The translations under genes and the position numbers were made by a program. Under the pieces are notes generated by a model. The model was not told the DNA's origin. It saw only the letters and a program-made list of their open reading frames with translations, and made no database searches. A stretch of DNA of 64,000 nucleotides from Candidatus Bathyarchaeota archaeon. Lineage in GTDB: Archaea; Thermoproteota; Bathyarchaeia; Bathyarchaeales; Bathycorpusculaceae. Positions 9,855-20,528 of this stretch are shown piece after piece. The stretch's first letter is position 1. The number at the start of each line of letters is the position of its first letter. Location: contig CAVZIW010000013.1 of assembly GCA_963775465.1 (NCBI GenBank), positions 64,001 through 128,000 of the forward strand, written 5' to 3'.

Positions 9855-9913
9855 AGTTAAAGAAATCGAATCCCAAAACTGCTTCCCCTTTTTTAGTCTA
9901 AACAGAAAAATCG

Positions 9914-10558
9914 GTGAAAAACGTGAAGATAAAAATCCAAGTCGTCATCAGTTTTATACTGGTTCTGTCCTTGCTTGCTAGTCCAAGCGCCATATCCATG
10001 CAAACCTGGACTGCTGGAGTAAGAAGTGGTGACTACTTCACCTACGAAATGTATGGAGTCTATACATCTAACCGTCAAAACATAGAAATAGCCATCCCCG
10101 AATTGGAAAAAAACACTACTCTTTGGACGAAAATTAAAATAACCGCCGCTTTAGGATCAACCATCCACCAAGTCTATACATTATGCTATTCCGTTGGAGG
10201 TGAATTCTCTTTTGAGTTCCAAACTGATGTTAATCCACAAAATCAAAACACTTTCAAAATCGCTGATAAAGGCGTTCCGATATGCGCAGCTAACTTAAAA
10301 AGCGGTGACAAAGTTCCAACAGCAGAACTACTACTGAACGAAACCATAAACAGAGCTTACTATAGTGGGGTGAGGGAGACTAACCAAGCATCTTGGAACG
10401 TAAGCGACGATTGGGGATGCATCTACTTTGATCGCGAAACAGGTATGTTGGTGGAGCTTCAGAGAACACATGTTTTTGCCAACCCAGATTCAGGTGACGT
10501 TATCGAAAAGACCGATATTATAAAATTAATAGATACTAATCGCTGGCAAATCGTTTGA
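9914..10558 (+). CDS. secreted hypothetical protein
   Basis: Signal peptide; 'GVRSGDYFTY' start and 'YFDRETGMLV' end. Confidence 0.75.
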   Translation: MKNVKIKIQVVISFILVLSLLASPSAISMQTWTAGVRSGDYFTYEMYGVYTSNRQNIEIAIPELEKNTTLWTKIKITAALGSTIHQVYTLCYSVGGEFSFEFQTDVNPQNQNTFKIADKGVPICAANLKSGDKVPTAELLLNETINRAYYSGVRETNQASWNVSDDWGCIYFDRETGMLVELQRTHVFANPDSGDVIEKTDIIKLIDTNRWQIV

Positions 10559-10635
10559 ATCTTTGTGAAGTGATTCGTTTGAGAGCAAATCAGAAATAAA
10601 CGCGATCTCAATTATGTACTGGTAGGTTAAAGTTT

Positions 10636-12183
10636 ATGACTGACGTTGTGTTCGTGTTTGAGGTTCACCAGCCACATCGGCTAAGGCGAAGTCTATTTTG
10701 GGAAGGCAAAGTCTTCCGAAGATTAACTAAAAATGACTTATTCAATTATTACTTTAACAACGAAATAGATCGAGAAATCTTCAAACGAGCAGCACGAAAA
10801 TGCTACTTTCCTTCAAACCAAATAATCCTCGACGTCATCGACCGCCACAAACATGAACGAAAAAAGCCAAAATTCTCCTTTAGCCTATCAGGGGTTTTTC
10901 TTGAACAATGCGAAATGTTCGAAAAAGACTTAATTGAAAGTTTCCGGCAACTCGCGGATTCCGGATGCACCGAATTCTTAAATCAAACTTATTATCACTC
11001 CATAGCTAGCCTCTATGCTGAAAAAGAAGAATTTATAGCACAAGTAAAGATGCACAAACAAATCATCAAAGACCTTTTGGATTACACTCCACGCGTTTTC
11101 GAAAACACCGAACTTCTCTACAACAACACAATTGCCAAAACGGTCGAAAGCATAGGATACAAGGGTATCTATACAGAGGGCGTGGAGAAAATTCTAGGTG
11201 AAAAATCACCAAACTACATCTACACCCCCAAGGACGCAGAAAAAATTCGAGTTTTGCTGAGAAACTACAAGTTAACTGATGACATCGGTTTCCGCTTTTC
11301 TGCACGATGGTGGCCTGAGTGGCCTCTAACTGCAAGCAAATACGCGAAATGGCTTGCCGAAACCAAAGGAGAAGTAATCAATATCTTCCCAGACTATGAA
11401 ACATTTGGTGAACATCATTGGCCTGAAACAGGGATTCATAGTTTTCTACAGCATCTACCTAATGAGATTTTAAGGTTTAACAATCTTCAGATGGCTACAC
11501 CTTCTGAAGTAGTCGACAAACATGCATCGGGAGGAGAAATTGATGTGCCTGAAGCAGAAGGCACAGTTTCTTGGGCTGATATTCAACGCGATCAATCTGG
11601 TTGGCTTGGCAATGTGATGCAGTGGGCATATTACACAACTCTGCGGCGACTGGAACCGTTAATCAAAGAAGCAGAAGATGAGGAGTTTTTGAGGCTGTGG
11701 CGTGACTTCCAGACCAGCGACCACCTCTATTACATGTTCACGGCAGGCGGTGGACCGGGAGAAGTTCACTCCTATTTTAGCCCCTTCGAATCACCCATGG
11801 ACGCCTTTGTGGCAGCGCAGACACTTCTTAATGATTTTGAAGCCAGACTACGCATTTCAATCTTAACTGCTAATGAGCCTTTTTTGTTCTATACTGGTGT
11901 TGGAAAAGAGTGCTATACAGGTCAGATGGCTTGGAGTCTAAAAGGGTTCGCCAAAACACTAGAAAAGATAGACTTGAAGGCTGTGGAGTTCCATTTAGGC
12001 AACGGTGATTTTGAAAGCTGGGCAAAATGTTCCCTAAAAGACACGAAATTAGCGTTAAAGCTCGGAAAAATTAAGGCATCGATAGAAAAAGGCGAAAAAA
12101 TTCGAACTACAATAATTGATACTGCAAATAAACGGTATAATGAATTAAGAAAACAAACACTGGAGGCAACTCAACTTTTCTGA
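10636..12183 (+). CDS. glycoside hydrolase family 57 (alpha-amylase-like) with C-terminal accessory domain
   Basis: FEVHQP, QTYYHS, ENTEL (nucleophile), DYETFGEH (acid/base), QTSDHLYYM. Confidence 0.95.
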   Translation: MTDVVFVFEVHQPHRLRRSLFWEGKVFRRLTKNDLFNYYFNNEIDREIFKRAARKCYFPSNQIILDVIDRHKHERKKPKFSFSLSGVFLEQCEMFEKDLIESFRQLADSGCTEFLNQTYYHSIASLYAEKEEFIAQVKMHKQIIKDLLDYTPRVFENTELLYNNTIAKTVESIGYKGIYTEGVEKILGEKSPNYIYTPKDAEKIRVLLRNYKLTDDIGFRFSARWWPEWPLTASKYAKWLAETKGEVINIFPDYETFGEHHWPETGIHSFLQHLPNEILRFNNLQMATPSEVVDKHASGGEIDVPEAEGTVSWADIQRDQSGWLGNVMQWAYYTTLRRLEPLIKEAEDEEFLRLWRDFQTSDHLYYMFTAGGGPGEVHSYFSPFESPMDAFVAAQTLLNDFEARLRISILTANEPFLFYTGVGKECYTGQMAWSLKGFAKTLEKIDLKAVEFHLGNGDFESWAKCSLKDTKLALKLGKIKASIEKGEKIRTTIIDTANKRYNELRKQTLEATQLF

Positions 12184-12248
12184 GTTTTTAGCCACGTATG
12201 CGTTTATAAGATTAGTTGAGGTACTCCTTGGTGATATGGTGGGTTGTT

Positions 12249-12500
12249 ATGAGAGAAGAGCTACCGTTTCCAGATAAAGTTTTGCAAACATTGCATAACT
12301 TGTGCGCTACAGCCCCCGATTTAGCAAGAAAAGGGGAGGAAGTGGCGAGGCTTTTGCAGAAAGACCCAAACGAAATCGAAGGCATATTAGACAAGTATAA
12401 AAATGAAGGGTTCGCTGAAGGCTTCTTTGACAATGAAGGAAAGAAACGATACTATCTTAACGGTAGAGGCATAATTAAGGTCTGCTCGCTCTTCACGTAG
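12249..12500 (+). CDS. small winged-helix protein
   Basis: Helical pattern plus wing 'EGFAEGFFDNEGKKRYYLNGRG'; lies within the GH57-GT4 operon. Confidence 0.65.
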   Translation: MREELPFPDKVLQTLHNLCATAPDLARKGEEVARLLQKDPNEIEGILDKYKNEGFAEGFFDNEGKKRYYLNGRGIIKVCSLFT

Positions 12501-12507
12501 TGGAAAT

Positions 12508-13137
12508 ATGCATGTCATAATTTTTTCTTGGGAATACCCGCCTAGAGTGGTTGGGCAACTCTCCATTTATGTGAGTAAACTATCAGCTCAACTTGTAAGC
12601 AACAAATTAGACGTTGACGTTGTAACATACGATGATACAATCAAGGGGCAATCTAAAGAACCCACAGGCGTTAAGACCTTCAGAGTAACCAACCCGGTAA
12701 AAACCCACATCGGAGTTTTAACATGGGTACTTACATTAAATCAAGAAGTTGAACGCGCCGCAGCAAGCATTTATTACGATTCACAGAAACAAATCGATCT
12801 GATTGATGTTTTCGACTGGCATTTTATCCCTGCTGCTGTTACACTCAAAAATGGTTTGAAGCTACCTTTTGTTTATTCTGTTGAGAGCATTGAAGATCAT
12901 CGTTCTCCGAATTCAAATACTTCTTACAACATGGCCATCAAAAGTATCGAATGGCTGGGTTTCTACGAAGCAAGCAAAGTCAATGTCAAATCAGAATGGA
13001 TGAAAGATGAAGTCATTCGGATCTACAATGTCCCCGAAGAAAAAATAACTGTCGTATCTCCAAACTCTAACTACTGGATAAAAGGGATTCTTAAGATTTA
13101 CAGGGAAATGGCGGATGAAAAGCAAAATGAAAGATAA
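12508..13137 (+). CDS. GT4 N-terminal domain-only protein
   Basis: SWEYPPRVVG, DVFDWH; paralogous to the N-half of the next gene; lacks the EPFG donor-binding domain. Confidence 0.85.
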   Translation: MHVIIFSWEYPPRVVGQLSIYVSKLSAQLVSNKLDVDVVTYDDTIKGQSKEPTGVKTFRVTNPVKTHIGVLTWVLTLNQEVERAAASIYYDSQKQIDLIDVFDWHFIPAAVTLKNGLKLPFVYSVESIEDHRSPNSNTSYNMAIKSIEWLGFYEASKVNVKSEWMKDEVIRIYNVPEEKITVVSPNSNYWIKGILKIYREMADEKQNER

Positions 13138-14329
13138 ACTAAGTGTAATGATGCTAACTTGGGAGTATCCGCCAAGAGTGATCGGGGGAATCTCACCTCA
13201 CATTTACTTTTTGTCTAAACATTTAGTTAAACAAGATGTCAAGGTCTATGTTGTAACCTGCGATTTCCCTGGAGCTCCAACCCACGAAGTCATTGACGGC
13301 GTAGAGGTCTATCGAATAGATTCCTACAAGAATCCATCACCCGATTTTGCCACATGGGTCTACTTAATGAATATGAACATGCAAAAAGAAACTGCAGCGA
13401 TTACCAGAAAACTATCTGATGAAATTGACGTTTTCCATGCACATGATTGGCTCGTCGCAAATGCAGGCATAGGGCTAAAGCATATTTTTAGAAAACCGCT
13501 TTTGGTTACTATGCATTCAACCGAAATGGGTAGACGAGACGGCTTACACACTACCACAGAAAAAATGATTCATGAAACCGAAGCGTGGCTAACATACGAG
13601 GCGTGGAAAGTTATCTGCTGCAGCGACTATATGATTGGACACGTTAGGTACGCTTTCGGTTTACCCAACGACAAACTGGTCATGGTTCCAAATGGCGTAA
13701 ACATACACAATTACGAAGTGCCATTCGACTTCAGGGATTTCCGAAAAAAGTTTGCTTTGCCTGAAGAAAAAATCGTGCTTTTTGTCGGGCGTTTAGTCTA
13801 CGAGAAAGGCATTCACGTCTTAATCAACGCTGTCCCGAAAATTCTAAGCAAAGTAAACGCTAAATTCATAATCGTCGGCAGCGGCTATATGAAAGAACAA
13901 CTCTTAAACATCGTTCGAAGCATGGGTTTAGAACACAAAGTGCTATTCCAAGGTTTCCTAGATGAAGCATCTTTGCTTAAGTTACAAAGAATCGCAGACG
14001 TATCAGTAGTGCCTTCACTCTTTGAACCCTTCGGCATCGTTGCGTTGGAAGCCATGGCAGCTCAAAGCCCAGTTGTCGCATCTGACACAGGTGGCTTATC
14101 AGAGATTATCGAACATGATGCAACAGGAATCAAAGTGTACCCAAATAACCCTGATTCACTTGCTTGGGGCATAACCAAGGTATTATTGGATGAAAACTTC
14201 GCAAAGCAGTTAAGAGATAATGCATACAAGCGGGTTCAAGAGAAGTACGATTGGGCAACGATTGCTCAACAAACAAAACGAATATATCAAGACGTCATAA
14301 AAGAGTATTCTAAGAGCTTCTGGGCCTAA
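13115..14329 (+). CDS. GT4 glycosyltransferase (glycogen/alpha-glucan synthase-like)
   Basis: WEYPPRVIGG, HAHDW, VGRLVYEKG, PSLFEPFGIVALEAMA. Confidence 0.95.
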   Translation: MKSKMKDKLSVMMLTWEYPPRVIGGISPHIYFLSKHLVKQDVKVYVVTCDFPGAPTHEVIDGVEVYRIDSYKNPSPDFATWVYLMNMNMQKETAAITRKLSDEIDVFHAHDWLVANAGIGLKHIFRKPLLVTMHSTEMGRRDGLHTTTEKMIHETEAWLTYEAWKVICCSDYMIGHVRYAFGLPNDKLVMVPNGVNIHNYEVPFDFRDFRKKFALPEEKIVLFVGRLVYEKGIHVLINAVPKILSKVNAKFIIVGSGYMKEQLLNIVRSMGLEHKVLFQGFLDEASLLKLQRIADVSVVPSLFEPFGIVALEAMAAQSPVVASDTGGLSEIIEHDATGIKVYPNNPDSLAWGITKVLLDENFAKQLRDNAYKRVQEKYDWATIAQQTKRIYQDVIKEYSKSFWA

Positions 14330-14498
14330 AAGATGCGTCAGTCAATCTGCAATTCAAAAAAAATTGGTAATGCTTCAATAACCAATCAGTCCATAACTTT
14401 TTGATGCTTACTCAACACAGCAGATGTAACCAGCCCAAGCGTTATACAAAAATGCTTTAGCAACCGGATATTTTCAATAAAATGAGAAAAAAGAGAAC

Positions 14499-15839
14499 TT
14501 ATTTTCCAACAATCCGAACATTTTCAACCATAATCCAAGGTGCAATCAAAGAACCCATCTGCCGCTCATTACACCCAACGACATTAACGTTTTTTAGTAA
14601 TTCAAAAACGTTGCCAGCTAACATCACACCGCGTAAACAATGAGTTATTTCGCCCTTCTCTATTTTCCAAGCGGGAGTAGCGACAACCGAGAAGTCTCCA
14701 CTAACAGGATTACTACTATGAGCGCCCTGGAGAAAATAGACAATTAAACCATCATCCACTTCCCGAAGCATTTCATCAGAAGTTTTGTTACCAGGTATGA
14801 CGTGAAAATTAGTCGTATCTGTACTAGGAGTTGAAAGGTATCCTGCTCTCGAAGCGTTTCCAGTGCTTTCTTTGCTATCCTTTTTCGCAGAATAATTATC
14901 GTACAAAAAGTTGCGTAACACACCCTTCTCTATTACAGGTGTCTTCTGATGTGGAACCCCTTCGCCGTCAAAAATTGAAGTGCGCAATCCACTTTCGAAT
15001 AAACCATCGTCATAAATAGTAAGGTTCTCTGAGGCGACTTTTTCTCCGATTTTATCCTTGAAAGGTGATTGCCCTCTCTGCACATTATCTGCTTTTATAG
15101 CGTTAATTAACGTGTAACCTAAAAGTTCCTGCAGCGCAAACTGAGTAAAAATAACCTTAGCAGACTTGGTTTCAACCGACTTGGTTTTTATGGCTGAAGC
15201 AGCCAATTTTGCAGCTTCCCTTCCAACCCATTCTGGATCCAAGGTGTACTCTCTTGAAGCATTAAACTCGAAACAAACTGGCGTCACTGAGCGGTTCTCT
15301 TTGCCTAAAGTTGCAACACTGCATTCAATGATTGTGCCTTTATCGAAACCTGAGATACCACTTGAGTTAGCGATGGCACCTGAAATATAACCACCACCTA
15401 CTCCGCCTTCGACTGGAAAAACCCGCTTATCAACTTCTCCGGCAGCATCTAGCATAGCTGAAGCAATGTTGACTATGTCCTCAGAGTTGAGGTCAACAAT
15501 TTTTTGGTCAAAGGTTCGCTTGGTTTCGGGATATAATTTCTCTTGAGGAAGCCCTCTCCAGTCATCGTCAGGTTTACTGGCACGTGCTGCGCTTAAAGCC
15601 TTCTCTGCGACCTTTTCCACAGCTAGTGGATCGTCTATAATGTTGGTGTATGCAAACCCAATTGTCTTGTTTACAATCACTCTTATGCCTAAGCCACGAT
15701 CAATTATCCGGTTTGTTTTGCTTATTTGCCCAAGTTCGATTCCTACGTTGGTTGCTTGCCCCTCGTATACATAAGCTTCCGCTTCTTGTGCACCCTTCTT
15801 CAATGCAGCTTTAACGGCGTTTTCCGCCAGTTGCATCAT
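14499..15839 (-). CDS. tldE: TldE/PmbA family protein
   Basis: FDGEGVP, STGNA, SGDFS; no HExxxH; paired with tldD. Confidence 0.9.
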   Translation of the reverse strand: MMQLAENAVKAALKKGAQEAEAYVYEGQATNVGIELGQISKTNRIIDRGLGIRVIVNKTIGFAYTNIIDDPLAVEKVAEKALSAARASKPDDDWRGLPQEKLYPETKRTFDQKIVDLNSEDIVNIASAMLDAAGEVDKRVFPVEGGVGGGYISGAIANSSGISGFDKGTIIECSVATLGKENRSVTPVCFEFNASREYTLDPEWVGREAAKLAASAIKTKSVETKSAKVIFTQFALQELLGYTLINAIKADNVQRGQSPFKDKIGEKVASENLTIYDDGLFESGLRTSIFDGEGVPHQKTPVIEKGVLRNFLYDNYSAKKDSKESTGNASRAGYLSTPSTDTTNFHVIPGNKTSDEMLREVDDGLIVYFLQGAHSSNPVSGDFSVVATPAWKIEKGEITHCLRGVMLAGNVFELLKNVNVVGCNERQMGSLIAPWIMVENVRIVGK

Positions 15840-15849
15840 AATGTTATCT

Positions 15850-17235
15850 TCAAGCACTGCCACCAACAACCACCTCGTTAACTCTTATGTGCGGTCCGCC
15901 ATCACAAATAAATGCTATCTGGCCTTTTCCGCATCGTCCTGGATCTAGCATGAAATCTTTGCCCACGGCATCTACTTTATGCAATGTTTCCAGAGCATTA
16001 CCGCTAATTGAAGCATTACGCACAGGAACACCGATTTCGCCGTTATGGATTTCGTAACCTTCTTGGATACCAACTTGGAAGGTCCCATCAAGGTTCGCTT
16101 GACCACCCCTAAAACTTTTAAAAAAGTATCCAGTCTTCACATCTTCAATTAATTCTTCAAAGGTTTGGTCTCGAGGCGCCATGTACGTGCATCTCATTCT
16201 AATGATAGGTTCCACACGAAAATCCTCTGCCCTTGCGTTACCTGTTGGCTCTACTTCAAACTTATGTGCTGTCTCACGGCTATGCATAAGCCCTGAAACA
16301 ACACCGTCTTTAATAAGCTGGGTTTTTTGGCTTGGAACTCCTTCATCGTCATACTTGAATGCGCCAAATGTACCCTTGATTGTGCCATCATCATAAAACG
16401 TTACTAAATCCGAGCCGATTTTTCTTCCAAGGTTACTTGCTAATACCCCTCCTGAAAGCGCTAAATCGGCCTCCGCTAAATGCCCGAATGCTTCATGGAC
16501 AAATACGCCGACCACATTGGGTCCCAGCACCACTGGAAATTTGCCACCCCTGGGGGATACAGCACTCAATTGTTGAATGGCACGTTTTGCTACTTTCTTC
16601 CCTAACATTTCAGGAAGCTGGTTGTCAAAAAGCTCGTAACCTGCTGTGGAACCGATTTCTTCTCGGCTGAAAGTGAAGGTGCCATTTGCCACAGCAGAGG
16701 CGGTGATTCTCGCCCAAACACACAATTTATCCTGCTCGATACAGGTGCCTTCACTGTTCATAAAAAAGGACGTGCCAGTCAAATCATAATAATCAATTGA
16801 ACAACTCTTGATTCGGGAATCAAAATGTAAAGCGTTCTCATTTACTGTCAGCGCTGTTTTTACTTTCTCTTCCATCTGAACATTAGCAGGATTCTTTTTA
16901 GATTTAGACACTACTTTGTCTTCAATAGCATTAGTTGCCGCCAACTTGATGGGTTTTTTTAGCCGTACACTCGCCGTCTTTGCCATCTTACAAGCGTCGG
17001 AAACTGCAGCTGCCAAAATCGCGATATCAAAGGAGCCGACTGACGCAAAACCCCATGCACCATTAACCAGAACTCGAATAGCCACGCCATTCTCTATACC
17101 TTGTTTCGCTGCTTCTACGCGTTCCTCTTTTAAAGCAAGCATTGTCTTGTTAAGTTTTTGTGCTCGAGCTTCAGCGTAATGAGCTCCATATTTCTGTGTA
17201 GCTAAGTTGTTGATCTTTGTCAAAAGGTCTTTCAA
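15850..17235 (-). CDS. tldD: TldD metalloprotease
   Basis: [26 protein letters not shown]. Confidence 0.95.
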   Translation of the reverse strand: MKDLLTKINNLATQKYGAHYAEARAQKLNKTMLALKEERVEAAKQGIENGVAIRVLVNGAWGFASVGSFDIAILAAAVSDACKMAKTASVRLKKPIKLAATNAIEDKVVSKSKKNPANVQMEEKVKTALTVNENALHFDSRIKSCSIDYYDLTGTSFFMNSEGTCIEQDKLCVWARITASAVANGTFTFSREEIGSTAGYELFDNQLPEMLGKKVAKRAIQQLSAVSPRGGKFPVVLGPNVVGVFVHEAFGHLAEADLALSGGVLASNLGRKIGSDLVTFYDDGTIKGTFGAFKYDDEGVPSQKTQLIKDGVVSGLMHSRETAHKFEVEPTGNARAEDFRVEPIIRMRCTYMAPRDQTFEELIEDVKTGYFFKSFRGGQANLDGTFQVGIQEGYEIHNGEIGVPVRNASISGNALETLHKVDAVGKDFMLDPGRCGKGQIAFICDGGPHIRVNEVVVGGSA

Positions 17236-17319
17236 AGCGAAATCTATCCTTTAAAGAGTTAGACTTGTTTGGGATAATTAAAACAATTTGTTTTCTACAG
17301 ATGGAAAATCTACATTTTT

Positions 17320-18645
17320 CTAAAAGAAATCCACCATGTTTTTCTGCTCAACCTTTATCTGAGTTGGCTTGCGCTTAATTGTTGGCACTTCTAAACCTAG
17401 CGTTATTTGCCCATAAACGCCATCGTATCCCGGAGTAACTTTTGCGGTGCCATCTCTGACTTTAATGATTGCTTGAGCAATAGAAAAATCTACAATAGAA
17501 GATAGTTCCTCCAATGGAGTGCTAATCAACACAGTGTACTCGTCGCCGAATTTTTCAACCAACAGATTATAGTTTTTCCAAACCACTCGATTTGAAGGCG
17601 ATTCAGTTCCTAAAGCCGCTGAAATTATCTCTGAAAGAGGAAGCAAACGCATAAATCCCGGCGCATCTTGGCGTTCATATTCAGCAGGTCGGTCAGCCAG
17701 CTCTTCAACACGTTGCTCCACGCCTTTGGTCAGTTTCTTGCGACATACCGGACAAATGTTTCCGAATTTTATTGCATCTTGAGGCGAAAAGGAAATTTTG
17801 CAGTATCGATGTCCAGTCCAATGATATTTGCCGTAAGCAGGATCTGTTTCAATTGTAAACTTGAAATGTGCCGGGTTATTACTTCTTACAGCATCTATAA
17901 CATCTTTGTAAGTAAAGCGATCAAGTTCTAGTACATTGGCTTCCCTTCCGATGCGCCATGGCCAAAAACTATGACAGTCACTGTTCGAAACCAAAGTAAA
18001 ATGGTCTAGTTTGCTTAGGCGCCAGTTCATTGGCGGGTCAGATGATAATCCCGTTTCTATTGCGTGGATGTGTTTGGTCATGTCTTGATAACACTCTTCA
18101 ACTGTATCAAAGCCGCTGAACGCTCCAAAAATACTAAACCAGGGCGTCCAAGCATGAGCTGGAAAAACCATGTTCTCATCCGAGACAGCCATCACCTCTT
18201 CCACAAGTTGTGGAGCCGACACGTTAAGGATTGGTCTACCGTCTGAAGATAAATTTCCAAAATGAGTAATTCTCTCGGTAATTTGGAGAGCTGATTCAAC
18301 AGTTGGTGTTAGGATAACGTGATGAATTTTTTTGGATTCACCCTTGAAGTTAAAAATTGTACAGACTTCGGTCTGGAGTATGAAGCGAACAGGTGACTCT
18401 TCGTTGGATAGCTTGAGAAGGTTGCTTTCACCATCAGGGATTAATGATTGCTTGATTTCGTTTAGCCAAAGAGGATGGGTGAAATCGCCAGTGCCCACCA
18501 AGTTTAACCCTTTAACTTTTGCGAACCTTGCAATTGAAGGTAAACTCATTTGTTCACTAGTTGCTCGACTGTATTTACCGTGGATGTGCATATCAGCTAT
18601 GACTTTCAAATCGTTTTCGCCAATGATTAACGTGGTTTTGGGCAA
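17320..18645 (-). CDS. endonuclease Q family (PHP domain + Zn finger)
   Basis: DMHIHGKYSRATS, GTGDFTHP, PAHAWTPW, ETGLSSDP, SNSDCHS, GKYH..GHR.C, CPVC, PGYDGVYG. Confidence 0.9.
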   Translation of the reverse strand: MPKTTLIIGENDLKVIADMHIHGKYSRATSEQMSLPSIARFAKVKGLNLVGTGDFTHPLWLNEIKQSLIPDGESNLLKLSNEESPVRFILQTEVCTIFNFKGESKKIHHVILTPTVESALQITERITHFGNLSSDGRPILNVSAPQLVEEVMAVSDENMVFPAHAWTPWFSIFGAFSGFDTVEECYQDMTKHIHAIETGLSSDPPMNWRLSKLDHFTLVSNSDCHSFWPWRIGREANVLELDRFTYKDVIDAVRSNNPAHFKFTIETDPAYGKYHWTGHRYCKISFSPQDAIKFGNICPVCRKKLTKGVEQRVEELADRPAEYERQDAPGFMRLLPLSEIISAALGTESPSNRVVWKNYNLLVEKFGDEYTVLISTPLEELSSIVDFSIAQAIIKVRDGTAKVTPGYDGVYGQITLGLEVPTIKRKPTQIKVEQKNMVDFF

Positions 18646-18677
18646 ATTTTAAGGCTTTGCAAAACATAAGTGATTAC

Positions 18678-19253
18678 TTATTGGGATTTTTCTTTGAGTT
18701 TTAGAGTCCAAGCAGCTAAAGCTTCAACTAATTTCTGAACCAGTTTCCTTGTCTTCTCATTAGTCAATCTACCTTCCGAATCAATGTTGTGAGAAGCATC
18801 AGACAGCATAACTTCAGGTTTATTCACAGGGTGCATGTTGAGATAAATAAAAGATTGCCGCAAATGGTATTGAGCTCTAGAACCGCCGAATCTGCCGATT
18901 GAGGCGCTCATGACAGCCACTGGCTTACTTTCGAGTGGCGAATCAGTTCGGGGTCTTGAGGCCCAATCAATTGCATTTTTTAGAACACCTGAAACTGAAT
19001 AATTGTATTCTGGAGTTGCAATCAACAGGGCGTCTGCATTTTTTATTTTCTCCTTGAACTCTTTGACTATTTGCGGTGGACTCGTTTCAAAGTCTTGGTT
19101 AAAGGGTGGAATGCCTTCTAAATCAAAGTAATTGATTTCCACATTTTCAGGTGCAACTTCTGTTGCTGCGCGGATCAGTGCTCTATTGTATGAACTTTTT
19201 CTTAGGCTGCCGGCAAAAGCTAAAATTGTTATTTTTTCCAAGCCAGAATACAC
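18678..19253 (-). CDS. NADPH-dependent FMN reductase (chromate reductase-like)
   Basis: GSLRKSSYN, TPEYNYS..GVLKNAIDWASR. Confidence 0.95.
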   Translation of the reverse strand: MYSGLEKITILAFAGSLRKSSYNRALIRAATEVAPENVEINYFDLEGIPPFNQDFETSPPQIVKEFKEKIKNADALLIATPEYNYSVSGVLKNAIDWASRPRTDSPLESKPVAVMSASIGRFGGSRAQYHLRQSFIYLNMHPVNKPEVMLSDASHNIDSEGRLTNEKTRKLVQKLVEALAAWTLKLKEKSQ

Positions 19254-19380
19254 CTTCTTTGTTGATAAAAGATAAATTACATAAACAAATAAGTTGATTT
19301 AAGTCTACTGTCACCCAAAAAATAAATTTGCTTATTCTTTCTCAATATTCTTTTAAAGCCGCATAGAGAAGGATTAAACT

Positions 19381-19779
19381 ATGCACGAATGGGCACTAGC
19401 TGAAGCGATTCTGACATCCGCCAAACAAATTGCAGAAAAAGAACACGTAACCACGGTTACGGAAGTTACAATTAGAGTTGGAGAACTCCAGCAGGTTGAG
19501 CCTCCAATTCTGAGATTTGCACTTTCACAAATGAAACAAGGAATTTTTGGCAAATCCAAGTTCCGCATACTCAAGGCTAAATCTACGCTTAAATGTAGAG
19601 TCTGCAATACTACATGGCGATATAACACAAAGAAAGTCGATAAAGCAATTTCCGAAGCTATTCATTTTGTCCCTGAGGTGGCCCACACTTACATTAAATG
19701 TCCTAAATGCGGCAGTCCCGACTTTGAAATTGTCACTGGACGTGGCGTCTGGCTTGAGGACTTAAAAGGAGTCAAATAG
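19381..19779 (+). CDS. hypA: hydrogenase nickel metallochaperone HypA
   Basis: MHEWALA, CRVC, CPKCGS; Thermococcus-like insertion. Confidence 0.95.
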   Translation: MHEWALAEAILTSAKQIAEKEHVTTVTEVTIRVGELQQVEPPILRFALSQMKQGIFGKSKFRILKAKSTLKCRVCNTTWRYNTKKVDKAISEAIHFVPEVAHTYIKCPKCGSPDFEIVTGRGVWLEDLKGVK

Positions 19780-19780
19780 G

Positions 19781-20527
19781 ATGATTGACCCGCGGACAAG
19801 TGTAATTGGCGAACGATTAAGCAAAATAAGTCGAATTATTGCTGTCTCAAGCGGGAAAGGCGGCGTCGGCAAAAGCATGATAGCAACCACAATAGCATTG
19901 TCTCTCGCAAAATACGGTTGCAAAGTTGGCTTATTTGACCTTGACTTTACCAGCCCCTCAACTCACGTTATTCTCGGAGCCCATAACCTGCAACCTACAG
20001 AAGAAAAGGGCCTAATCCCACCTACAATCCATGGATTAGAATACATGTCACTGATCTATTTTGTAGGCGACAACCCAGCTCCGTTGCGTGGAGCAGATAT
20101 CTCAAACGCACTCATTGAGCTGTTGGCCGTTACACAATGGGGGCCACTTGATTTTCTAATTATTGATATGCCACCTGGAATTGGAGATGCAATTCTAGAT
20201 CTTGTCAGGCTTATCGGGCGCATAGAGTTTTTGATTGTAACTACGCCTTCATTGTTAGCTTTTGAAACTGTCAAAAAACAAGTTGCACTCCTCTACGACC
20301 AAAAAATGCATATTATCGGCGTTGTGGAGAACATGAAACAAGACAGGAAACGGGGTGTCGAGAGTGAAACGGGAAATTTAGGGCTAAAATTTCTAGGAGA
20401 GATTCCATTTGATAGTCACATTGAAACCGCCATCGGTAACACGTCGCAGCTGCTTAAAACGGAGGTTGGCAAAAAAATCATTCAAATAGTCAAAACCAAC
20501 ATTCTATCAGAAAAAAAGAAGGCTTAG
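19781..20527 (+). CDS. Mrp/MinD-family ATPase, probable ATPase-type HypB partner of HypA
   Basis: SGKGGVGKS, DMPPG, ENM; no CxxC after ENM; starts 1 nt after hypA stop. Confidence 0.85.
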   Translation: MIDPRTSVIGERLSKISRIIAVSSGKGGVGKSMIATTIALSLAKYGCKVGLFDLDFTSPSTHVILGAHNLQPTEEKGLIPPTIHGLEYMSLIYFVGDNPAPLRGADISNALIELLAVTQWGPLDFLIIDMPPGIGDAILDLVRLIGRIEFLIVTTPSLLAFETVKKQVALLYDQKMHIIGVVENMKQDRKRGVESETGNLGLKFLGEIPFDSHIETAIGNTSQLLKTEVGKKIIQIVKTNILSEKKKA

Positions 20528-20528
20528 C

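Noticed and set aside
14499-17235. tldD/tldE as a RiPP maturation cluster
   Set aside because: No precursor peptide or YcaO-type gene adjacent; ordinary housekeeping pair
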